DNA from: Epiperipatus broadwayi
Taxonomy: Eukaryota; Animalia; Onychophora
Assembly (NCBI GenBank): GCA_028023455.1
Contig: JAQFVV010000003.1
Coordinates: forward strand, 19,158,001-19,222,000
DNA: 64,000 nt
Reading direction: 5' to 3'
The notes under the pieces: generated by a model
Told to the model about the DNA's origin: nothing
The model's database searches: none
Seen by the model: only the letters and a program-made list of their open reading frames with translations
Translations under genes and position numbers: made by a program
Shown: piece after piece, positions 25,885-39,517 of the stretch
How positions within the stretch are numbered: position 1 is the first letter of the stretch
Layout: the number at the start of each line of letters is the position of its first letter

Positions 25885-28039
25885 TATTGGATGAGCGAGC
25901 ATTAGATAGGGATTTTATGCACAAGCCTTCTGGCATCCATTGATTACTCTGATTGGCACAGGGTGGCACTACTGTATGGAGAGAGTTTTGCCTTGTTTAA
26001 GAAAAGGAATATGAAGATATACAAAATTGATGCATTAAAAAGGATTGAATATCTCGAATTTTGTAAAATGGTGTGGAAAAGAGTTGAAAATTATATAAGA
26101 AACTATAACTGAACTAGCAAGGAAAGCTGTAAAGGAGAATAAAAGCTCCACAGTGTAAAACTACATTTTGATATTGGTAGGAAATTTATATCTGCAATAG
26201 GAAAAAAGGATGGAATTATTATTAAAAAGAGATGAAAGAATAGAAGACTTCTATCAAGAATTATATAGTAATAAAGAACAAGTACCTCCTATATCTATTA
26301 TATCCTCCAAATTGCCCAGAATTTTAAATGAAGAAGTGAGACATGCAATTAAATTTATGAAGAAAGGGAAAGTTCCAGATAATGATGGAATTTTAATTGA
26401 TATATTAAAAGAAGGGAAAGCTCCAGTTAATGATGGAATTTATAATTGATATATTAAAAGAAACAGGTGAAGAAATTAAATTTTTTTTAGCAAAGTTATA
26501 TACCAAATATCTAAATGACAAAGATGTACCACATGATTGGAAGAATGCAGTATTAATATTTTAAAAAGGTGATAAAGATATTAGAAATTACAAACTTATC
26601 AGCCTTATATATACAAAATTTTAATCAAGATAATTATAGCTCGTCTACAGAGACTTGGATTTCCACCAACCAAGAGAACAAGCTGGATTTAAAAGTGGTT
26701 TTAGTACAGTAGATCATATCCAGATATTGAGAGAAGTTATAGGAAGGACAACTGAATATGAGTTGCCATTATGCTTTGGATTTGTAGATTATGAAAAGGC
26801 ATTTGATTCTATAAACATTTTTTCAGTGATTAAAGCAGTGTATCATCAAGATATAGATCCAGGATATTGCCATATTTTAAAGAATATTTATGAAAATGCA
26901 ACAGCAACAATTAGAGTACATAATGATAATAGGAATGTCAACATTGAGATGGGTGTATGATTGAATGACTCCATATCTCCAAAACTTTACAGCAGTGCTG
27001 CAAGAAATATTCTTTGGATTAAAATGGGAAGCTAAAGAAGTGAAAGTAAATGGAGATTATTTAAATCATTTAGATTTTGCAGACGATGTAGTTTTTGCAA
27101 ATAATACTTTAGAGCTGCATGAAATGTTGCAGGAGTTATCAGATGAAAGTAGGACTAAGGATAAATGTTAAAAAGACTAAAATAATGTTTAATGGATTTA
27201 CTCAAAATATGAAAATAATGATTATGATGTGTTAGAAGTTAACAGCTACAAATACCTGGGTCAGATTATTAATATAGATGGAAACGTAATGGATGAAATT
27301 AATTGTAGAATTAAACTTGGAGTGTTTTTGGTAGAAATAACTTGATACTAAAAGGAAATGTGCCTATGTGTTTGAAAAGATTTTTAATAAGTGTGTTTTA
27401 CCAGTTCTTTCTTATGTATCTGAGACTTGGACACTTAATAGAAGAGTAATACAGAGACTTCAGTCCATTTAAAGAAGTATGGAGAGATCCATGTTGGGAG
27501 TAACAAGATCGAAAATGCAATATGTGTAAGAGAACAAACAGGTGTTACTGACCTCATTGAAAAAATTAAAAGAAAAGTGGAGTTGGGCTGGACATATTAC
27601 TAGAAGAGATTATAATAGATGGACAATTTAAATCTTAAAGTGGATTGTAAAAGACTCAGAAAGAGACCATGTGTGAGATGGAATGATGAAATAAAGTGTG
27701 CAGGGGTGACATGGAGAAGTTAAAGATTAGAGAAGATGGATTGAACTTGGAGAGACCATCTTGCAGTGGATTGATAATGGTTGTTGATGTATTTGCAGTA
27801 ATTCTTCAATAAATACTAGTCTTTATTAGATTATAAATTATTGTATTACAGTTAGATATAGTCTCTAAAATTTAAATATAGTATCTGCTAAAACAAATTG
27901 ATTAGTTTGGTTCATTGTAATTTACATTGTTGAAGAATATATATTTAGGGATAATTCTGTATAGTACTATTTACACTAGGGTGAATGGCTATTTCCAGTT
28001 GATCAATATTGTAATGGTATGGAAAATAGAGGGTTAATA

Positions 28040-28720
28040 CAAAAAGAAGCTGGGATTACAAAGTCCCACAATTTTGTAGTTATTTGTAATAGTACACTAC
28101 ATTAGATCTGAATTATGAAGAGATGGGAAACTATCATCATCCCCAAATAAACAAAATATAAAAGGAATGAGCATCAGAGATCACACTACTAACTAAGTAA
28201 ATATAAGTTCACTAGCATTACCTAAAAGCAATAATCATTCTTCATCATGAACGATCAACAAAAATAGAGTCCATCTTCTGACTGGATTTGAAACGGGTCT
28301 ACTATAGACAATGCTAATTATTTAGCCTTTGTGAATTTGGGGCAGATTATTTAAACTAATTTAGATGCACAAACTCGAGTGCTAATCCATAAGAATATAA
28401 CAAAATAATGTTGAGATACTAACACATGCTGATCATCATTAAAGCTCTGGCCACTTAATACCTGTAATGTACTGGCCAACTATAAATTTAATTTTTAATA
28501 AATACTAAACTAAATAAAATGTACTGCATGGACTTTAAAGGATATTCCCTTTGCACCAATCCAGAATAATCCAACTGGATGTCCATAAGCACTAAACATA
28601 AACCCCTTTTATATAACAGACCATTCTGCATGAATCTAGCTCAGGAACAAAAGCTCTATAACTTACTGTGAGCAAGAGATGTAAGCCTAATATATAATGC
28701 TTTAAATCTAGGAATAATTA
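28040..28720. repeat. Unclassified dispersed repeat with decayed minus-strand coding, copy 1
   Basis: Similar to ~33890-34570 (e.g. TAAGTTCAC[T/C]AGCATTACC, GACTGGATTTGAAA, TGCATGGACTTTAAAG). Translated remnants are shared between copies (GFMF...PV....IG..G...K..H; SIVD.FQIQ). Boundaries approximate. Confidence 0.7.
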
Positions 28721-30523
28721 AATTCAGTGGAATAATTTTGACAATGAAATATCTTGATAACAAAAATGGAATTAAGGTCTGCAGAATATGGCTATAGATA
28801 TAAATTAAGCCCTTTGATTTTGATGAATACAAAAAGAAGTCACCTATTACACTGTACCTTGCAAATATGTTTCAATAGGTTTACATGAATCACATATTTA
28901 AGCACACAGATGTGTGGTATAATTATGAACATATTTGAATTGTCATATAATGAAAAATGATTAATTTTAACCTATACAGTCTACCTGACACATTTATGTA
29001 AGTGCTCTGATGTGCTGTAACATGGGAATTGTCATATAATAAAAGTTATATTTATTGATACATAAATGACGTGTGTACACACAAGAATAATCAATTAGTT
29101 CAATGTCAAAGTATACATAAAATCCACATATATATGCACTCACATATGCTATATAATAATTTAAATATAATGTGAATCAATTACTAATTCATTCCTTATC
29201 TAATGGTAAAAAAAGTTTTTTTTAAAAAAAGTAATATTAATTCTTTGACAGTTCTTCATAAAATTTTGCTTTTTTAACAAATTATTCTTGATTAATTATA
29301 AACATCTCTTAAAAAATATTCTAGCAAATCTTGTTCCTCAATCTAGCAAGCTTTTTGGAGTTTCTTTTTTCCATAAAATATACTGGAAATGCATCTCATT
29401 TTTTGTTAAATAAAGTCATTTACTTAAAAAAAAAAATGTAATTTTAAATAAAATTACAACTGTCATTTTTACTAAAGAAATTATTTAAAATAACTCACCA
29501 GCTGTATTTTATATATATATATCTAATACAGTACCTTTATCTTGATTCTCGGCATATAGAAAAAACTAAACTAATTCTTCAGCAAGCTAATGCACTCTAA
29601 GTAAGCTGGTCCCTTCTAAACATTGTCATTTTCAGGAAAAGTATAAACAAAATAACTGTTGGCCTGAAGTGAGCTTTCAGTCTATGCTCTATAATATAGA
29701 GGCTATGGAGAACAAAGGAGACCCATTTATTTCTATATGAATTCAAACTACTATAGTGAACTAGTAGCAGTAATTGAACTTGCCTTCAGTTATAACCTCA
29801 TGGTAACTCCAACTCTTTTATAGTCAGGGTGGAGGAAAAATACAGTAATTAAAAATAAATTTTCCCTATCTTGATTGGAAAAAGTTAATGACTTTTTCAA
29901 TTCAACTTAATCCTTTGAAAAGTAACTTTATGGAGTTTTATCAAAATATGTTATATAAGCATTAATTACAAAAAAAAAATCTGCTGATTAACTTAATGGA
30001 GTTTTATAATTACTAGTATTATAACATAAAAACATGCTTGTTTTAATTTCAAACTCAGAATTAATAAAATATTAATTAGACCTTTTTAAATGTTTAACTT
30101 ATAATAAAAAAAATTAAATTCAGAATTATTTAATCCTTAAGTGTTATTCCAGTGTAATATAGAAAATATCTACAAATGTTTTTTCTATGTTTATTTCTAC
30201 TTTATATATATACATGTACCCACATTACTTTGTTATGTGCCATGAGACACAACCATTTCACTATCTTTCCATGACTATTTTTAGAAATCATAAGTGCAAG
30301 CTCATTTTTCAAACATTTTGTTATAAGTGATTGTGATAGAGGAGGTATATTAAAATGCATTTGATTTAATCGTGATGAATATTAAGAGACAAAATAGAGT
30401 TAATGTTAATTTTAACATATGCTTTTTACTAATCTTAAATATTTTTTATTATTATTTTGATTGTGAATGAATTCAAAAGAATGTTACAGCATTGAAAAAA
30501 TGGGGCTAAAAATATATTTCAAA

Positions 30524-32942
30524 CTTTTTGTCAGTGCCATTTTATGTGCGACTTAATTTTTTACTGTTTGCTTATTTTTTCTTGAATTTATGTACAATAT
30601 ATTGATAAAGTTAGTATAATTTATTTGAGATGGCAAATAAACCTAAAAGTCAACATCCAGTTCTTATGGAACCAAAAATAAATCAAAAGAAAATGGCACT
30701 GGACAAAAATGAAAATGACACGGTTGTAGAGGTTGTGGTAGAGCAGGTGAAATTGGTGGTGGGCCTTCAAGGTTTAGATCAAATTTTAATACAAATTTTG
30801 GAAGTCCTAATCAACAGCCTGACTTACTGAAGGAAAAAGAAAAAATAAAGCAAGTGGAAGATGCAGATTGTTTTTGCTAATCTTACAAATGATATGGAAG
30901 AAGATGAATTTAGGCAGATGGTTGAAAAAATTGGGAATGTATATGAATTATTTTTAAATAAATCATGGGGATTTGGCTTTGTTAGATTGGATATTCGTGA
31001 AATCTGAGGCTGCTAAAAGTGCTCTTGATGGAACTAAAAAAAAAAGAAAAAGTCATACGTGTTTCTTTTGCTGCACATAATGCTGCTCTCAGAGTACGAA
31101 ATATTCATCAATGCATATTCAATGAATTACTAGAACAAGCATTTGGAATATTTGGTCCTGTTGAAAGAGTTATTGTGAATGAACGTGGTCGTCATTGTGG
31201 AGAAGGAATTATTGAATTTGCTCAGAAGAGAAGTGCAATTATGACTTTAAACTGATATACAGAAGGAATATTTTTAATGACAGCTCCAAAAGCTCTTATT
31301 GCTGAACCATTAGAACAAAAAGATGAAGATAGATTACCTGAGAAAGTCATGCCTAAGAATGTATTTTCTAAGGAGCGAGATGCTGAAGCTCGTTTTGCTC
31401 AACCAGGATCCTTTGAATTTGAATTTAGTAATCATTGGAAAAAACTTTTTGAATTAGAAAAATAACAGAGAAAAATCTTGAAAAAGACATTATTGAAAAA
31501 AGGAAAAATTAAAAGCAAAAATGGAGAATGCTGCACTTGAACATCATCAAGAAGAATTAAGGCATATTGAAGAGGCCAGCAATCAGTGTATTAAAATGAG
31601 ATGGCAAAAAGATGAGCAAATTCATGATGGACAGCGTAATTTATTGATGGGTCAAGATATAATGGCTCATCAGGGTGGTAGTGGTGGCAGTGGTTTAATG
31701 AATTGAAGGCAGGATAATATGATGATGCAGAATCAGATGCAAAATCCTGGAGGTATGGTTAGCATGCCAAATCAAAATTTGTCTGGTAGTGGATTGGTTG
31801 GTGATCTTCCAGTTGGTACTAACATGGCTAATGGTACTGGAGGTGGATTGCTTGCTAATTAAGGCAATCAGACTACAATTAATCTAGGAATGAATGAATT
31901 TCAAAATGCAACCTCCTAATGCTGGCGGAGGAATTGTAAATAATAATCTACCCAGAGGAATTGGAGGGAATAATCAAGGAATGATAGGGCAGAACATGAT
32001 GGGATCACGTTTTGAGCAAGGCAAAGTATAGGAGGAGCAATGGGTGGGAATATGGTACCAAATATAAGTGGTTTGGGTAGAGGAAATCCTGGTAATATGA
32101 TGGCTGGTGGAAATATGGGAGGGAAGAAATATGGACCGGCCAAACATGATGGATTGTAGCAGAGATATGGGTGGTCGTGAAAATTATGGAGATATAAAAA
32201 GATGCAGATTTTAATCATCTGAAAAAAAAACTTTTTATTACTTTTTATTCAGACTTGTTTTATTTCTTTCCTGAAAAATATTTTTATATTTAATATAAAT
32301 TTTTCTGATAATCAGATTTATTTTTAAATCTCTTGTCAGTTATATGCTTGCATATTGAATTGTACCTTATCCTAGAGGACTTCTCAAAAAGTAGATCAAT
32401 ACAAATAGTATGGTAAAGTTAATTCACAATAGTATTTTTTTTAATCATTCAGTTTATACATTATTCATCAAAGAGTCACCATTATTGTGTGTTCACAGCA
32501 CTAAACATTACTTTTTTTTTTAACAAAAATACAAAATTTAATGTGAAATATATATATTTTTACTGTGAATAGTTGAAACACATTGGTAGATAAATAAAGT
32601 GATTTTCATTATAAGGATTTGTGTATTGTGTATATATATATACACACCCAGGCACACATGATAACATACATTTGTGAATGTTTGTAAAATTTGTTACTCT
32701 TTTACAATTTCTATATATAATTTTCAAGATATAGTCAGTGTATACTTTTAAAAATTATTGTATGCATTTTTTTCTATTCACAATTTGTGTGTGTGTGTGT
32801 GTGCTTTTTTTTTAAATATGTCACTTTGGGCATTGTATTGTTATACCATCTGAAGTTGTGTACTTAGACTTTTGCAAAACTTCTTTAAATGTTTAAAAAA
32901 ATTTTAAATAAAGATTTTTTTCCCTTCAAAAAAATAAAATAG
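30524..32942 (+). pseudogene. nonA: Processed pseudogene (retrocopy) of a DBHS-family gene (nonA/hrp65/NONO/SFPQ-like)
   Basis: Intronless, frameshifted CDS ~30630-32214 with RRM1 (RLFFANL, GFGFVRL), RRM2 (NAALRVRNI, GEGIIEFA), NOPS (RFAQPGSFEFEF..HWK), coiled coil, G/M/N-rich tail and KRCRF* end. It has a 3' UTR, AATAAA at 32907-32912, an A-rich tail at 32928-32941 and a 14-bp TSD AAATATATTTCAAA at 30510-30523 and 32943-32956. The symbol marks the family, not proven orthology. Confidence 0.93.
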
Positions 32943-33855
32943 AAATATATTTCAAAGAAATTAGGAACTAAATAAATAAAAGAAGTAATTAGTATATGAT
33001 AAAATGAAAAGCTGAATTTTCATTTTCCACACAACTGATCATTTGATTTTCTTTTTATGGTAAATAATACATAATTGTTAAAAAGATTTAGATTTCATAG
33101 TCATATTACAGAAACTTCATAAAAGATATGTTAATAAATTATTAGAATGTGAATAAATCATCCAATTTTTAAAACTTTAACATGATGTCAATTGAAATTA
33201 CTTTGAACGTCTAATAGGATATATTGCAGATATAGATAAGCATCTTTTGGGATGGTCTTTACTCACAGATCAGATAACTATCAAGGATGTTGAATCTGGT
33301 TTTTTATCTTATGATCTGAAAACATATTATACTTGCATTCCCCAGTTTACCATCATTATTTGATGATTACTTAGCTTACAAAAGATAGCTGTGGAATAAA
33401 ATGTAAATGAATTAGTTTCACTTGCAGATGAGAAAACAAATAGACATTTATATGATACTTTGTATTACCTCAGTAATATACATATTTAAAAAAGTAAATA
33501 CAAAAGGCAAATTGTATTTTTATATTGGACTAAAATAAGAATATTCAATTTGGGAACAGATTACCATGGTATCTGACATAAAGGCACAGCATAGTAGAGA
33601 AATGTTAATAAGAGGAAAATAATGAATAAACCATTGATTATGATAATTTTTTTTCTCAGTGGTATTAAATAAATAAAATGAGCTCATTTTGTAATATTTA
33701 TTTACTTTTTAATATATGTGGAGAAAATTGAAATGGCTTCATTTATCACTAGTGTAATTTGTAGTTGTATTTTGGATTATTTTCATCATCCAATAATTCT
33801 CAACCTAGTGGAAAAAGACATGATCAATTGAAGTCATATTTTATTTATATATATA

Positions 33856-34010
33856 GTAACAGTATGAAAATAGGTGATTAATAAGGAAAAATCTGGGCTT
33901 ACAAGATCCCACAATTGGGTAGCCATTTGTAACAGTATGAAGATAGGGGATTAATACAAGGAGAATCGGGTTACAAGGTCCCATAATTGGGTAGCCATTC
34001 ATAACAATAC
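33856..34010. repeat. Tandem duplication, ~73-bp unit x2 plus partial
   Basis: GTAACAGTATGAA(A/G)ATAGG...ACAAG(A/G)TCCCA(C/T)AATTGGGTAGCCATT starts at 33856 and at 33929. Confidence 0.85.
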
Positions 34011-34570
34011 ATCACCTTAGGGCTGAATTATGAGGGGATGGGAAACCATTCCCAAATAAAATATAAAATTAAATATAAAAGTTAATGATAATGAATATAA
34101 TGAGCGTGAGATCATCAAATAACATCATAAGTTCACCAGCATTACCCAATAAAAATAAATCAGTCAATTTTGTGACTGGATTTGAAAGTGGTCCACTATA
34201 GATCAGACTAATTAATTAGCCATTTCCAAACCTAGGGCAGGAATATGAACATTAATTATCTGGATGCATATACTTGGGTGCTACTTCATCAAAATACAAC
34301 AATAAATCAAATAATACTAAAAACATCCTGACTAGCATCAATGCTCTGGTCACTCAGTACCATTAAGGTATTAGCCAATGAAACTAAATTTTTCAAAGAT
34401 AAAATGTAGTGCATGGACTTTAAAGTATATCCATTTGCACCAATCAGGATTAGAGAAGTAATGAAATCAACTGGATATTTATAACCAAACATAAACCCCT
34501 ACTCCATATAACTAACTTATGCACAAATCTAGCAACTATTACTGCGAGCAAGAGATAAATAAAGGAGCTT
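33890..34570. repeat. Unclassified dispersed repeat, copy 2
   Basis: Direct-orientation homolog of ~28040-28720. Boundaries approximate. Confidence 0.7.
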
Positions 34571-36599
34571 ATTATAAATCATTTTAAATAATTCTTAGAT
34601 TTACCATATAATTTATTGGGATCATTTTTAAAAAATCCTACAACATTAAGATGCTGTGAAATAAAATTGCACACACTACAATTTGTAAAACAAGAATTGG
34701 ATAGAATAAAGAAGTTAAGACCAAAAAATATTTTTAAAACAATTTAATAACTACTTGACTAACAATAAACAAAGAAAATGATATGATAGTATGAACTTTT
34801 AAACATTCATTTCATCAAAAAAAATATTTTCATAAAAACTATAAAGAATCAGTTGATTTCTATTTATAAATTAACTTAATTATTTCTTTAAAATAACTAA
34901 GTTGGAAAAACATTTTCAAATAAAAATCTTTGATTTAGCTTAACTAACCTTTTATTAAGTTTTTAGGAGGGAAAACGAATGAAAAGAGAAAAACATGTTT
35001 CAAAAAAAAAATTAAATTTACAAAAAAATTTCTAAAAACTATTTCATAATTTTGAAGAGAAAATTGACTGGATTTTTAAAAAAAGTTTCTCAATTTAAAA
35101 ATATTAACATAATGAAAATATTTAAAATTATCAATTCTTACACCAATAAAAAAAATAATTTTTTATTATATATGAAAATTTAGTGTACACACACACAAAA
35201 TACCTTTAACTATGTTTTTATTTTCTGTGGAGTCCTTTCCAGTTACAATTTCCAGTTTTTTCCAATTGAGTTTCTTCTTGGAGGCTTCTAGACATGTACA
35301 TTGTTAATTTGTCTTTTTTGGCTTGCAGTAATTCTAGGTTAAAATAGCCAATTTCATCCATTTTCAATAAAATTTCCAGATGATGCTAATATAGATCAGA
35401 GACTCGTACTCTTGGTTGAAGACAAGGTTCTAGATTACCTTAGGTGGTGACTTCTCTATATTTTTGTTCCAGTGAAGGTAGGTTACATGGAGGAAGATGA
35501 TCTCTAGCTTTTAGCTGGATTATCACATGGTTTTGCTAAAAACTTGATTAAAACCGATGTTATTCTGTGCAATAGCTTGTTTAAGATTTTTGCTCTACTA
35601 TGCAAAAGCTTGATAAAGACATCAGCTGGATTAAGATTTTGCTGCTCTTGCTGCAGCTAAGTTAGAAATATTTATTTCTTACCAGATAATTGGGTCTTCT
35701 GACTTATTCGCAGCCCCATTATTATTTTTCTAAAACAAGCCAATCACAATCTTTCTAATCTGATAATTTTTATAACAACCAATTAGGTCATTTTTTACAA
35801 ATACAATTGTTCAATTATTTCCCACCTCAATCATAGACATTGAAAAACGAGTCAAGAACTTAAAGTTAACACCATAAAATTCTTGTCATTTCTTTGTAAT
35901 TAAAAAAAAGTTATTGCAAAAAGAAAAGATAATCAGTTAATTACACTGAATTTATTTTTTTGTAATGAGAGATAAAGAGAGAAAACAAACAACTCTGACA
36001 AATTAAAATGTTATTTTTTTTATTTTTAATACTCTTAAACGTAAAACTTTATCTCTTTTAAAAGGTTAAAATTAAATGCAACTGGTAATTAAATAAAATT
36101 ATTGAAGAGAGAGAACAAAAGAAATTATGATTTTATACTTTTCTCTCTCTTCTATCAACATTTACAATATATATGCATATTACAATTTAAAAAAATTGTC
36201 TAGAATGTTCCTAATATGATGTGGAAATGAAAAAATATTTAATTAATTTCAGACCCATTATTATTTTAAAAATGCATGGGAAAATTAAATACTATTTCCC
36301 CCATTAATTAAATAATTCTGCACTTAAATCCAAGGAGCATGCTGCCAATTATCTTTTTATTTTTTAATAGTGCAGCAATGTAGCCAATTGATTGCAATAT
36401 ATATCTGACTTATTTGAATTCATTGTATTTTTAGAGTTCTGGATATAAATGTACTTATGCAGTGTCTGTTCAACTTATTTTGTTGCTTTTTAATCCTATT
36501 ATTTGGGTTATGTATGTGCAATTAGAACATATAAATTGAAATTTTGCTAATATGAAAGTCCAATCCATGGAATGGGCTACTAAGAGGTATGCAATTGAG

Positions 36600-37030
36600 A
36601 AAAAGTTTGGAAACTATTGATGTAGTTGAATTGTTAAATGTTTTTAAACAATTTCAATTTTTTTTTATACTTTTCCGAATATTATTTGCACTATTAATAA
36701 TAATAACAGGTTAGTATACAGCATGTTTTGATTTGTGTTTTTCTCTGCTTTTCTTCAGGTGTCTCTGGCATGACCAGTTGTGTTGCTAGCACTGAAATTA
36801 AGATAATGTTGTATACAATAACAATGGGTTAATAGTTCACAGCTCAATCATTTTGCTAGTACTATCATTAGCCAAATTAGAAACACCTGAAAAAGAGGGG
36901 AGGAAAATGCCTCTCAAAATATTCTACAATAATCTATGTAATATTAACAGTTTAAGTGTAATATAAAGTTGAATTTTTCTTAAAACATTTAACCATTCAG
37001 CTAGATGATAAAAATAATCCAATGTATAGC
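36600..37030. mobile_element. Old, degenerate fold-back element of family C
   Basis: Left part ACAGGTTAGTA...ATGTTTTGA...TTTTCTTCAGGTGT and right part ACACCTGAAAAAGAGG...CCTCTCAAAATATT...TAGATGATAAAAATAATCC match the two arms of the 60.25-60.73 kb element. The HHR cores are decayed. Boundaries approximate. Confidence 0.6.
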
Positions 37031-39215
37031 TAACTATAAGTAAAATGTTATTATCGCAACAAACTTCATTAGTGTAATATTTCTGTTTATTTATAAGATA
37101 TTTTTAATGAAAAAATGAGACAAAAGAATATTAAGTTATAAAAAAAAAGAGAAAAGTATTTGTATATGTAATCGAGTATAGTAAAATAGCTTTCACAAAT
37201 AACCCACTTTAGGATAAAGACTTCACCAACAATCCCCATGGGGGAGTAGTGAAAGCATTACTTATCGGGCATGTCAATTCCTGGATGATGTTGGGCTGTT
37301 ACCCAATACTGAATGGTTATAATGGATTATGTAATTCCCTGGCTTACGTTATATATGGTAAAACATGAGAAGCTCTCTAGTGTCAAGTATAGTAAGTTTG
37401 AGTAATCAGTGATTATCAGATGATAATGTGTTTAAATTCCCAGTCTGATTTTTAGCTTACGTCTTTATCATTGTGGCTTGGGTTTCATAGTTGGAAGTAA
37501 TGCTTTTGGCAACTACTTATAAAGGAAAAAACCAAGGTGGAGCTAGTAACCACTGATTATTCAAGCATGTTATAAATGGTACTAAAGTAGAGAACCACTT
37601 TTGTTTTATTATTTATTGAATTGATAATCAGATTACCTGAAAGGAAAATTTTAAACCTGATTTGAAGTTGAAATTTCTACGTTTTATTTGGTCCAGGTTT
37701 GATATTGCTATTCTACAGTGCTTATCACATGTACATATATATATATATAAAAGCAAAAAATATTCTACTAAAAGATATCATTTATTGAAAACATACCATT
37801 ATTATGGAGATAGAAGATTGCTAAATAAAGAATTGCATATATAAAGATTGAATAAATTGTGTACATATATAAGATAGAGGAGTAGAGGGCAGAGATGCAC
37901 ATTTGGAAAGATGGAAGCACATGTAGAAGAAGCAAAAATTCTCAATTGTGTAATATGAGGGAGATCAACAAAGGTTAAGTCATTTATTAGTCAATCACTA
38001 TTCTAAATAATATCTACTAGGTAAATAATGGCCTGAGATTTTAATTCTAGATGTCTTTACTTTGAACTTGTGAAAAATAAATATAGAAAGTAAAAGTAGA
38101 AAAATGAATAGTGTCTAATTATTCATGCAGAATTCAATTAAACATTATATAATTGTTAAAGTAAAATGAAATAATTAACAGATTATCTCAATTTATAATT
38201 CTCAAAAGGATGTAGGTATACCATTTGAAAGAATCCATTTTCCTCTTTACTTCATGAATTTGGCCATGCACAAAATCTCATCAAACTTATGACCAATGAC
38301 TCTCCTAATTTAATCTGCTCATAACATTGAAAAGCTCCCACATGAATAGTAGTTTTTCACTTGTACTTCAGTGATAAACTGTTCCATAGTTTTAAGTCTT
38401 ATTGCTATATATTAGAAATATGCCAGTATACTTTATCGTATTAGTTAGATTGTCTCTTGACTTTTAATTTCTAAAATAGACAATTCATTATTTTTTTTTA
38501 GTGTCCAAGAAACAGTTTTTTATAAAAATTATAAATTTAAAGTATAAATAAAGTTATAAATGCAATAAACAAATACATATAAAATAATTTCATTATTGAA
38601 ATAAAATCAATTTTAAGATGGTTACTTATTATTTCTTATCTATTTTACTGTTATTTTTTTAATTGCCTGACAACAATTGTCTTTTAGAATCAAAATATGT
38701 AAACACTTAATAACAGCTAATCCAGTTTTTTGTGACTGACTTTTAACTTATGCCATTTTCTGTTTTAAGGCAGTTGATTTGCACAATTTTTAGTGGTTTC
38801 CTTTCATTTTTATCTTTCTGTTCAAAGTCATTGTCTGGACATTTTAACAACTTAATGTTTTGAACACTTGAATATGGATTTGATATTAGATCAACACATT
38901 ATATTGACTTGATTTTTAAGATGACTATATCTTAAAAGCAGGAGGAAAAGAAGACATTCAAAACAAGTTTGTTATTATAAATGTATAAGAAATACTTATA
39001 TTTAAATGTTTTTATTTCACAGTCCATTTCTTAACATTTCATAGTAAATTGTTATAGATTTATGAAAATTTTCAACTGACATGCATTGTATATATTTTTC
39101 ATCAGATTTATTGATGTATGAAAATAGATATCTATAGTAATTTATATTAAGAGTATTGGGAGTAATGACAAACTTTCTTTGGGAAGAAATTATAAAGTAC
39201 ATGTTAGAAAAAAAG

Positions 39216-39517
39216 CAGGCAAAACTCTCCATACAGTAGTGCCACTCAGTGCTAGCCAGAGTAATCAATGGATGCCAGAAGATCTAACTGCAGTACTCTT
39301 AGATCCAAGGCTCTTTACTGATGAAAGCCACGAGCTAGAAACTAGTCTATTGGATGAGTAGGCACTAGATAGCAATTTTATGCACAAGCCTTCTGGCATC
39401 CATTGATTACTCTGGCTTGCACTTAGTGGCACTACTGTATGGGGAATTTTGCCGGTTTTAATAACAGTTATGAGCAAGCATAAGAAATGGTGATCATGTG
39501 ATGTTTAGTAGTTTAAG
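39216..39517 (+). mobile_element. Fold-back hammerhead element, family B (302 bp)
   Basis: Inverted arms ~39216-39281 and ~39390-39454. HHR core CTGATGA AAGC-CACGA-GCTA GAA ACTAGT C at 39318-39347. Tail ends GATCATGTGATGTTTAGTAG. 17-bp TSD with 2 mismatches, ACATGTT(A/G)GAAA(A/G)AAAG, at 39199-39215 and 39518-39534. Confidence 0.88.

Larger units (their letters stand above)
25462..26000 (-). mobile_element. Fold-back hammerhead element, family B (539 bp)
   Basis: Inverted arms ~25510-25697 and 25811-26000 with a ~113-nt spacer and ~48-nt tail at 25462-25509. Perfect 11-bp TSD GAAAAGGAATA at 25451-25461 and 26001-26011. The RTE copy at ~63340 shows the empty site. Confidence 0.9.
24349..27786 (+). 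mobile_element. RTE-clade LINE, near full-length, decayed (APE + RT), interrupted at 25462-26000
   Basis: APE (ATYNCKSL, GLCEVRR, QIYAP, GDVNARIG, SDH) and RT (EQAGFKSG, FVDYEKAFDS, NHLDFADDVV, YKYLGQ). Possible diverged TSD ATGTATTTG(T/C)A(T/G)(A/T)AAT at 24333-24348 and 27787-27802. Confidence 0.92.

Noticed and set aside
28040-34570. Direct repeats flanking the DBHS retrocopy as possible LTRs
   Set aside because: No TG..CA ends, PBS, PPT or retroviral ORFs. The retrocopy has its own TSD and poly(A).
35380-35730. Minus-strand peptide QQEQQNLNPADVFIKLLHSRAKIL... with a nearby GTAAG donor
   Set aside because: Flanked by in-frame stops and the implied intron is too short. Cannot be supported as a host exon.
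37230-37570. Short inverted matches and CTGGATGA-TGTTGGG/CCCAATA hairpin resembling a hammerhead
   Set aside because: The core has an insertion and lacks GAAA and stem I/III. No TSD found.
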